Source: a bacterium (GTDB lineage Bacteria > JAMCPX01). Taken from it: DNA of 18,507 bases. Each line of letters starts with the position of its first letter. Positions within the stretch are counted from its first letter, which is position 1. The notes beneath the pieces were generated by a model, which did no database searches, was not told the origin of the DNA, and saw nothing but the letters and a program-made list of their open reading frames with translations. Shown here one piece after another: positions 9,256 through 16,133 of this stretch. Where the stretch lies: the NCBI GenBank assembly GCA_037439545.1, contig JBBIVV010000007.1, forward strand, positions 51,530-70,036, written 5' to 3'. The position numbers were made by a program, and so were the translations under genes.

Positions 9256-9381
9256 ATGAAAATGGGTAATATAATGGATAATGAATCAGGTGTAATGTTT
9301 GGAATGAAAGCACTCTTTTCGTTCTTACCACTTTTTTTGTGGCGGTACGTAGTTTGGTGCCGCTTAGTAAATACCAGGTGA
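9256..9381 (+). CDS. Possible 41-aa hydrophobic small protein or gene remnant
   Basis: ATG 9256 to TGA 9381 gives MKMGNIMDNESGVMFGMKALFSFLPLFLWRYVVWCRLVNTR. It starts 26 nt after the copy-A -10, against 28 nt for the lipoprotein after copy B. SD is weak. Confidence 0.25.
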   Translation: MKMGNIMDNESGVMFGMKALFSFLPLFLWRYVVWCRLVNTR

Positions 9382-9396
9382 TCCATAAAAGGTAAA

Positions 9397-9708
9397 ATGA
9401 TAAAATTTTCAGAATGGACGGATGATATTGTCCAACAGGTGTGGGAGAAAGGCAATATAGTCCCAGAAAATAACCCTAATGTTTGGCGTAAAGATACATG
9501 CAGTGCCTGGATAAGAAGGGAATATTACGGCAACAGGACCTCCAAATATGGTTGGGAGATAGACCGCATTATCCCACTTTCTGCCAAAGGAAGTGATGAT
9601 CTTTCCAACCTTCGACCCCTTCAATGGGAAAACTATTCAAACAGGCAGGCTGGTCCTTTAACGTGTATCATTGTTTCTTCAGGTGACAGAAATATCAGGG
9701 TAGGATAA
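9397..9708 (+). CDS. Small stand-alone HNH-family protein, catalytic residues apparently substituted
   Basis: VWEKG...WRKDTCSAWI...YG...YGWEIDRIIP...GSDDLSNLRPLQWENY matches the small HNH family pattern (WEIDHIxP...NLRPLQWENN). SD-like AAGGT upstream. Confidence 0.75.
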   Translation: MIKFSEWTDDIVQQVWEKGNIVPENNPNVWRKDTCSAWIRREYYGNRTSKYGWEIDRIIPLSAKGSDDLSNLRPLQWENYSNRQAGPLTCIIVSSGDRNIRVG

Positions 9709-9782
9709 GCATCTTCGTCCCGGATTTCTGAAAATACAAAAGTCCTGGAGAACCATTAAGAAGGCGGAGCAAGAGACAGACA

Positions 9783-10475
9783 ATGGCGAACAAGCAGGTA
9801 ATCATTATTGAAGACGACAAAGATATAGCAAACCTCGTAGCGCACTATCTGAGCAAAGAAGGCTTTATGCCGATTATAGCCCATGACGGTGAAGAGGGGC
9901 TCCGGCAATTAGAGTTAAAATCTCCTGCACTGATCCTACTTGATCTTATGCTGCCGAAGAAAAGCGGCTACGAAGTCATGCAGCAATTGAAGGGACAAAA
10001 CACCACTTCAGACATACCAATTATAATTCTCACGGCAAAATCGGATGAAATCGACAGGGTGCTTGGCCTTGAGCTCGGTGCAGACGACTATGTAACGAAG
10101 CCGTTCAGCCCGAGTGAGTTGATTGCGAGGATCAAAGCGATCATGCGTCGAACCATCCGGGAAAAGCGTCTGGAAAAAACAAATAAATATATATTTGATA
10201 AACTTGAGATAGATGATCTAAAGCATGAGGTAAAATATAATGATCGGATTATTACACTTACTTCAAAGGAATATAGTCTTTTGAAACACTTCATGAAACA
10301 TAGGGGCATTGTGTTGTCAAGAGACATGCTCCTGCAGGAGATATGGGGCTATAACTATTTTGGGATAACCAGAACGGTCGACGTGCACGTCTCAAGGTTG
10401 AAAAAGAAACTGCCATACCTGAGTAAACAAATTAAGAACATTAAAGATATAGGATATAAGTTCAGCGATGAATAA
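9783..10475 (+). CDS. OmpR/PhoB-family response regulator (PhoB/PhoP/WalR-like)
   Basis: Receiver domain IIEDD, LILLDLMLP (phospho-Asp), LTAK and DDYVTKPF; winged helix LTSKEYSLL...LSRDMLLQEIWGYNYFGITRTVDVHVSRLKKKL. Confidence 0.93.
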   Translation: MANKQVIIIEDDKDIANLVAHYLSKEGFMPIIAHDGEEGLRQLELKSPALILLDLMLPKKSGYEVMQQLKGQNTTSDIPIIILTAKSDEIDRVLGLELGADDYVTKPFSPSELIARIKAIMRRTIREKRLEKTNKYIFDKLEIDDLKHEVKYNDRIITLTSKEYSLLKHFMKHRGIVLSRDMLLQEIWGYNYFGITRTVDVHVSRLKKKLPYLSKQIKNIKDIGYKFSDE

Positions 10476-10526
10476 TTCTGCACCTTTTCACGAGGTCTGT
10501 CATGCGAAATACTTACATTCCATAAT

Positions 10527-10580
10527 TTAACGTAAATTTTACGTAGCAGAAATATGGCTTTTACGTCGTTCAGGTACGCT
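10527..10580 (+). promoter_or_regulatory. Putative OmpR/PhoB-family activated promoter, copy B
   Basis: TTAACG(10527), TTTACG(10538), GAAATA(10549) and TTTACG(10560) at 11-bp phase, then -10-like TACGCT at 10575-10580 and SD GGAGGA at 10598-10603. Confidence 0.6.
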
Positions 10581-10608
10581 GGCGGCAAGCATGAAATGGA
10601 GGAATAAA

Positions 10609-11079
10609 ATGAAGAAACCGAGTATCAAGATTATCAAAAAAAATTTTCTGCAAACGGCATTTACATTAAGCCTGATTCCCCTGTTGTTGATAAGTATAGC
10701 AGTGTTCTCAGGCTGCGGCAGCAGCAGCAATAGCAGCAGTGTAAACAGTGCTACAGCGTCCGACACCTATGGCATCTGGGGGACGATTAGCGGCGCCGTA
10801 GGCCGGAATGTTTCAGTTACATTGAGTGGCACAGGCATCAACACGAGTACAACAACAGTTATTTTCCCAGAAAGCTTGCACCCGCAGGGCATTTCCGTTA
10901 ACAGCGGTTTTTACAATTTTTACGGGCTCTCCAATGGGTCATACACTGTTACCCCGTCACTTGCAGGTTATACATTCACCCCGGTCAGCAGGTCGGTCAT
11001 TATCAATAGTGCTACTATACCAGACATGGATTTTACGTCGACCTCCATAACCTCATCCACACATGAATCAATATTTTAA
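10609..11079 (+). CDS. Lipoprotein with carboxypeptidase-regulatory-like (prealbumin-like) beta-sandwich domain
   Basis: SD GGAGGA before ATG 10609; basic N-terminus, hydrophobic helix and lipobox FSG-C (Cys codon 10714-10716); Ser-rich linker; ISG...VSVTLSG...GFYNFYGLSNGSYTVTPSLAGYTFTP pattern. Confidence 0.75.
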   Translation: MKKPSIKIIKKNFLQTAFTLSLIPLLLISIAVFSGCGSSSNSSSVNSATASDTYGIWGTISGAVGRNVSVTLSGTGINTSTTTVIFPESLHPQGISVNSGFYNFYGLSNGSYTVTPSLAGYTFTPVSRSVIINSATIPDMDFTSTSITSSTHESIF

Positions 11080-11101
11080 GAAGATAACAGGAGAGATAAA
11101 A

Positions 11102-11560
11102 ATGAAAAGTTTAAAAACAAATCCCTACCGCATCTCGCCGGGAAGTGTTTTAACTCTGTTATTGTGCTCATTTTTCATCTTAAATACAGTAACTCCTTCC
11201 AAGGCAGTCGATGTTACTTTGCATTGTTCTAAACAGCCACGCAGTTCAGTCCCGACATGTGACGGACAGCCACCGGTACATGCAACTGCTCCGGATACTG
11301 TATACTTAAGTGAACAGGCAACTTCACTTTGGGCTTATTACAAATGCACGGTGACAATAGTGAATAGTTCAAACACAACTGCTGATAGTATAATAATAGA
11401 CCACCATATACTTGGGCATGGAGAAGTGCTTCAGCTTAACGATTACGAGATTCCGGGCTCATTCTTTGTTGGCTGCGAGGGACCAACCTGTGACATAGGC
11501 GGCGCAACTTATAAGATTGTAGTATCAGACTGCTATCAAATGAATCGTAAATCTCAATGA
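11102..11560 (+). CDS. Hypothetical secreted protein, six Cys in mature part
   Basis: SD AGGAGA before ATG 11102; signal-peptide-like N-terminus ending S-K-A; beta-rich mature region with no family that I recognise. Confidence 0.65.
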   Translation: MKSLKTNPYRISPGSVLTLLLCSFFILNTVTPSKAVDVTLHCSKQPRSSVPTCDGQPPVHATAPDTVYLSEQATSLWAYYKCTVTIVNSSNTTADSIIIDHHILGHGEVLQLNDYEIPGSFFVGCEGPTCDIGGATYKIVVSDCYQMNRKSQ

Positions 11561-11601
11561 AAGTACTATTTTTATTTTATTCAATGTGATCTTATTTACC
11601 T

Positions 11602-12711
11602 TTATAATATAACCCCTTGAACGGCTAAAAAGGCCTTAACAACCTCGGGATCGAACTGACTGCCCGAACACCTTGTCAATTCTTTTATTATCTCCTCTAC
11701 TGGCATACCTTTCCTGTATGGCCTGTCTGAACTCATTGCATCAACCGCATCTGCAACGGATAAAATCCTTGCAAGCAAAGGTATCTCTTCTCGCTTCAGC
11801 CCTTCCGGATATCCTGAACCGTCAAAGAATTCATGGTGATGCTTCACGCCAGGAATTATGTCCTTCAATTGTTTTATAGGTAAAAGTATTTCCACCCCTT
11901 TCATCGGATGCTGTCTGACCAGGGCACGTTCTTCATCTGTAAGTTTCTCTTTTTTATCGAGGACATCCGTATAGGTGCCAATCTTACCTATGTCATGCAG
12001 CAAAGACGCTACTTCAATGTCCCTTAGAACTTTTTCATTAAGACCCATGTGCCTACCTATAGCAAATGCATACTTTGAGACACCATCTGAGTGACCGGCT
12101 GTCCAGCGGGATCTTGCATCTATGGCAATTGAAAGTGATTTAATAGTTCCAAGGGATAATTCTTCAAGGTCAGCTATCAGCTTTGCGTTGGCTAAAGCCA
12201 CAGCGATTTGGGATGCAAGTTTTTCTGCTACTAATAAATTTTCTTGTGTAAAAGCGATGGCCCTTCTTGATCCAAAATTCAAGGTGCCTATAATCTCATT
12301 TCCTACGTTAAGAGGGATTCTCATAATTGACAGAATCCCATCCTGTAAAAGCTTTTTTTCGAACGGAAGAATATCTTTTATCTCACCGAGATTCCGTATG
12401 TATTGCGGTCTACCTGTTTTTACTACGTCCGTATTGCTCGTGTCCTGAAAATGGATAAACGTCCCTACGGATGACGGGAGTGTACCGAAACTCGCAATTC
12501 GAGTGATACCTTTTTTGTTATTGTCCACGAGCATAATGGCCTCTACCTCGCATTGCAGCAGCTTACCTGCCATATTCCTTATCGTGTTCAGTATGTTCTC
12601 GGAGGTCATGTTAGACAGGATGTTCCGGTCTATTTCATACATCGTATTTATTACCTCTTGGGCTTTTTTCCCCTCTGCTATTTCTTTTTTAATCTGTTTT
12701 GAACGCTTCAT
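11602..12711 (-). CDS. GAF + HD-GYP cyclic-di-nucleotide phosphodiesterase
   Basis: GAF domain (IPLNVGNEIIGTLNFGS...AFT...LASQIAVALANAKL), then WTAGHS, LLHDIGKIG, HHHEFFDGSGYPEGL and ADAVDAMSSDRPYR, all intact. Confidence 0.92.
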   Translation of the reverse strand: MKRSKQIKKEIAEGKKAQEVINTMYEIDRNILSNMTSENILNTIRNMAGKLLQCEVEAIMLVDNNKKGITRIASFGTLPSSVGTFIHFQDTSNTDVVKTGRPQYIRNLGEIKDILPFEKKLLQDGILSIMRIPLNVGNEIIGTLNFGSRRAIAFTQENLLVAEKLASQIAVALANAKLIADLEELSLGTIKSLSIAIDARSRWTAGHSDGVSKYAFAIGRHMGLNEKVLRDIEVASLLHDIGKIGTYTDVLDKKEKLTDEERALVRQHPMKGVEILLPIKQLKDIIPGVKHHHEFFDGSGYPEGLKREEIPLLARILSVADAVDAMSSDRPYRKGMPVEEIIKELTRCSGSQFDPEVVKAFLAVQGVIL

Positions 12712-12722
12712 AAAGTCTCAAT

Positions 12723-13883
12723 TTAAAACCCTATCTGCAAGTTAAGCGCAATCGAGCTATCGTTGTATGTTGTCTTGTTTCTCGACAGATCGAATCCCTT
12801 TGCGGAATACAGATTGTAATCAAACGCTATGATCGTATCCTTTGCTATGTCGTAGCTCACACCGAATAAGAGCCAGTTATTCTCCTTTGATGTCAGTTTG
12901 CTTAAAAGGCTTGTTTCATACACAACGCCTAGATCTGTATCAGGCTCTATTTTACCACTCACGGGCTTGTAGGCATCATTGCTGTTCGGCTTCGTGTATA
13001 GATATCTTGCAAATGCCCGTAGTTTTTCTTCACCGGGTATATGAATGAAGCCCCACAGACTGTAGCCATGACCATTATCAAACTTTGTAAAATCGAGATT
13101 TTCCGGCATCACATGATCGTCTGCCCAGAAGTACTCACCTGCAACCCTGACCAGACTGTCGGTGTACATAAGCATTGCTATTGCGCGTTTCGGGTTATAA
13201 TCCGGGATCCCGTTGTGCATGCTCTCGTCCCATCCGAATACAGACAATATTATGGGGTTTACATTCAAGGTAATTCTTGCAGAACCCGCGTATCCCCTGC
13301 CGTCCTGCGTCGCCTGATAGCCTTCTCCGTTTGAACCCATGATGTAGTAATCTATAAGCTTGTCTGCTATGGTCCCAAATAATGCAACACCATAGTCTGC
13401 AGAGGTCTGGATTCCTTCGTAATCAGCAGGCGTCATTGCAAGAAACCTATAGGGCCAGTAGTGTTCTTCCCATGGTATCCACGGGGTGTCCATAATCCCC
13501 ATCCTTAAATTCACTTCCGCAAACGGTGAATATGTTGCCGAAACATTTTTGACATATATAGTGCCCCTGCCATTGGGGGCTGATGGATCTGAATAAGACT
13601 GGTCAAGGGTCAGCCTGCCCGATAATTCATCTGTTATCTTGTCTATAACCGTAAGATACGCCCTTGAAAGCCATAAGCCGTCCACATTCGAAGTATTGAG
13701 AGACGCCTCAGTCTGTCCGACCTTTGATGTGTCAAAATGGTTGCCTGATGCCTCAATGGCATTAAGGTAACCTGTTGCCGATATGTTCAGGTCATCGTTG
13801 ATCTGATATCCATATGACACTGCACTTATCAATAAAAGACAACCAATTGAGATTGATATAATCTTTTTTGTGTGCTTATACAT
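12723..13883 (-). CDS. Outer-membrane beta-barrel porin, possibly phosphate/polyphosphate-selective (OprO/OprP-like)
   Basis: SD GAGGAG, signal peptide, alternating amphipathic aromatic-rich strands and a C-terminal LNLQIGF BAM-type signal. The substrate is inferred from operon context only. Confidence 0.7.
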   Translation of the reverse strand: MYKHTKKIISISIGCLLLISAVSYGYQINDDLNISATGYLNAIEASGNHFDTSKVGQTEASLNTSNVDGLWLSRAYLTVIDKITDELSGRLTLDQSYSDPSAPNGRGTIYVKNVSATYSPFAEVNLRMGIMDTPWIPWEEHYWPYRFLAMTPADYEGIQTSADYGVALFGTIADKLIDYYIMGSNGEGYQATQDGRGYAGSARITLNVNPIILSVFGWDESMHNGIPDYNPKRAIAMLMYTDSLVRVAGEYFWADDHVMPENLDFTKFDNGHGYSLWGFIHIPGEEKLRAFARYLYTKPNSNDAYKPVSGKIEPDTDLGVVYETSLLSKLTSKENNWLLFGVSYDIAKDTIIAFDYNLYSAKGFDLSRNKTTYNDSSIALNLQIGF

Positions 13884-13921
13884 TTCTTTCTCCTCAATGT
13901 TTCGTATTTATTATTTTCCTT

Positions 13922-15433
13922 CTAACGGGTTTTCGTCTCGATTATTCTTACCGGTATATGGAATACTCTGGAGAAATAACTGCTTTTTGCAGTTATCTTT
14001 GTCCCAGCAAGATCTTTCAGTGTACCCGGCGATATGGATAGGACAATTGCATCTTCGCCCAGTGCAACATTTTCAATCATAGACTTTTGGTTGTGAACCC
14101 TATCAAGCAGGTCGGCGATACGAATAATAGCTGCGAGTTTTGCTACCACCCTGCGATCCGTCGGAGTCAGCTCAAGAAAATCCTTCTGCTTGTCCGGTTC
14201 TGCTTTCCTGTGAAATCGAGCAATCAGAGCTGTTTCCAGCTTATCTTTTCGGTTGAGCGTCAACTCGGATTCCAATATCATTAAGTACGACAGCTTGTGG
14301 TGCTTTTTCTGTCCCTTGACCCACCCTATGTCGTGAAGTATGCAGCTATACTCGAGAAGCTTTCTATGATGGTCATCGAGCTTGTGCAAACCGATCTTTT
14401 TCAGCTCATCAAACAACTTCAATGCAAGTGCAGTGACATGAAGCGAATGTGGAGGGTCCGGGTCGAACCGCTCGCACATAGCTATCACTTCAGGCTTGAT
14501 CGTGTATATGTCTGCCTTCTTACCTTCTGCCTCTTTTTTTATGTTTTCTTTCATACGCTCCTTCCATTTTGCAATAAGAACGATGTCTCCTTTGAAGATC
14601 TGCTCGACTTTCTGAAACAGCTCCTTATGATATATCCTTATCTTATCAAGCAAGGGTTGTAAGTTTGGCAGAGCTTCTCCCATCCCTGTAGTATCCCAAG
14701 TAAGTTTCTGGAGGAGCAGGTCAAGATCATTGAGCATACCGAGATCGGTCTGAAAATCATGGAATTCTTCAGGGTCTATCCCCTGGTAAAATGAGGGAAA
14801 GATTTCGACGCTATAACGGAATTTTTTAAAGGAAATCCTTACGAAATGTAAATCGATGCTCTTTCCTGTACGTTTAAACTTCTCTGCCAATCTGAGAAAC
14901 TGTCTGAAATGCCCGGATATTTTATTCCGGCAGGCCTCTTTTAGGCTTGTTCCGGTCCTTCCGAGTCGCTGCTCCACAGCATCCATATGCTTGTTAATAG
15001 TGAAATCACCGATCCTTTTCACCCGGATCACGTTAAGCCCGGATACCACTTCGCGGACAAGACGCTTCTCCTCCTTTAACCATAGGTCCCGTATCATCTG
15101 GTACTCGTTCTCTGAGTCAGAAGAAAAGTAATCGAGCCACTTCAGGAACACATGCTGGTCACGGAGCGCTCCCAGCTTTTTCATGAGTTGACTGAGATCG
15201 GACATGGAGACATGGAGCTTCCATGATCGCTTTAGATTATCCAGAAGCTTGAGAACCGTTGCCAGACGGCGTATAGATATCCTTAGATCATGCACCCGGT
15301 TCTTACTGATATGCTTTAAGGTCATGCCATAGTGCCTCATAAAATTTTTACGACGCTCTGCAAGAGCGTATTCAATGAGCTTTCTGTAGCTTACCGGTGA
15401 GACTGGAATTTCCACTGTTGCCTTCTCCATCAC
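13922..15433 (-). CDS. CHAD domain fused to Ppx/GppA-type C-terminal HD domain
   Basis: CHAD half-repeats VHDLRISIRRL..LGALRDQHV and LHFVRISFKKFRYSVE..QTDLGMLNDL; HD part HSLHV, LHDIGW, HHK.SY, IARFHRK and IRIADLLDR. Start is GTG 15433 or ATG 15430. Confidence 0.88.
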   Translation of the reverse strand: MMEKATVEIPVSPVSYRKLIEYALAERRKNFMRHYGMTLKHISKNRVHDLRISIRRLATVLKLLDNLKRSWKLHVSMSDLSQLMKKLGALRDQHVFLKWLDYFSSDSENEYQMIRDLWLKEEKRLVREVVSGLNVIRVKRIGDFTINKHMDAVEQRLGRTGTSLKEACRNKISGHFRQFLRLAEKFKRTGKSIDLHFVRISFKKFRYSVEIFPSFYQGIDPEEFHDFQTDLGMLNDLDLLLQKLTWDTTGMGEALPNLQPLLDKIRIYHKELFQKVEQIFKGDIVLIAKWKERMKENIKKEAEGKKADIYTIKPEVIAMCERFDPDPPHSLHVTALALKLFDELKKIGLHKLDDHHRKLLEYSCILHDIGWVKGQKKHHKLSYLMILESELTLNRKDKLETALIARFHRKAEPDKQKDFLELTPTDRRVVAKLAAIIRIADLLDRVHNQKSMIENVALGEDAIVLSISPGTLKDLAGTKITAKSSYFSRVFHIPVRIIETKTR

Positions 15434-15437
15434 ATGT

Positions 15438-16133
15438 TCACCCGCGTTGTCTGATGAAATTGTCCACTTCCCTGCATATCTCGGTTGATATCAGCTTTAC
15501 CGATCGGTTCCCGTTGACGATACGGAAATTGTATTTTGTGCTGATCAGACTGAACTGAACGTTCATCCTACGCTGGTACCCGATAAAACAATGATACCAT
15601 TCCCGTGAAATGTGAAGATCCATGCCGGATTCCCAATGGCTGAACATTCCGTACTTTGTAAATGTCCTTTCCACCAGCCTCTCCGGCTTGATTTTGAGAA
15701 AAAAAACGATGTCCGGTATAAGTGCAATCCCGTAGAGCGACTGTAACCACTCCGGATTTTCCCCCCTTACGATGTCCCGCGCCATGAGCGTGTATATATA
15801 TCTGTCCGCAACTACTATGAAGCCTGCCTGGAGTGCGGGTATTATCTTGTTCTCAAGCTGGTCTGCATAATCTGTCGCATAAAAAAGACTCATGGTCCTG
15901 GGGCTGATTTCCTTTGTGTCCTTAACCTGTTCCAGTTCCGGACTTATAAGTGCCGAACGTTTCAATCCCACATTCTCCACTGCATGTCCAGCTCGTTCCA
16001 GATGGTCTCGGAGGAGCTCAACCTGAGTAGTACGACCCGAGCAATCCGCTCCTTCCACCACGATCAACATGCCCTTGAGCTGCTCGGGATCAACGCCTGG
16101 AATACCTTCACCGTAGAACCTTTTATTCGGCAT
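15438..16133 (-). CDS. Thymidylate-kinase-like P-loop protein B (variant Walker A GADCSGRT)
   Basis: LIVVEGADCSGRTTQ, VVADRYIYTLMARD, PDIVFFL and WESGMDL; SD GAGGT; 11-nt overlap with the upstream paralog. Confidence 0.85.
   Translation of the reverse strand: MPNKRFYGEGIPGVDPEQLKGMLIVVEGADCSGRTTQVELLRDHLERAGHAVENVGLKRSALISPELEQVKDTKEISPRTMSLFYATDYADQLENKIIPALQAGFIVVADRYIYTLMARDIVRGENPEWLQSLYGIALIPDIVFFLKIKPERLVERTFTKYGMFSHWESGMDLHISREWYHCFIGYQRRMNVQFSLISTKYNFRIVNGNRSVKLISTEICREVDNFIRQRG

Noticed and set aside
9210..9455. 81-aa minus-strand ORF in the intergenic region
   Set aside because: It overlaps the HNH start and promoter copy A, is the antisense of the 9256 small ORF, and has no motif support.
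9397..9708. HNH gene as homing endonuclease or mobile element
   Set aside because: No intron, integrase, transposase or flanking direct repeats are visible, and the catalytic residues are substituted.
10497..10503. Exact E. coli Pho-box half-site CTGTCAT
   Set aside because: It is a single heptamer with no good partner at 11-bp spacing and is out of phase with the 10527-10565 repeats.
10717..10740. AGC trinucleotide run as a repeat or phase-variation tract
   Set aside because: It is short, imperfect and in frame, and simply encodes the Ser linker after the lipobox Cys.
3600..11101. ORF-track starts at 3600, 6694, 10591 and 11063
   Set aside because: Downstream ATGs at 3612, 6763, 10609 and 11102 have stop/start overlaps or clear SD sequences and match the expected N-termini.
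11585..11600. CRP-like site TGTGA-N6-TTACC
   Set aside because: The second half-site is poor and it lies between convergent gene ends where no promoter is expected.
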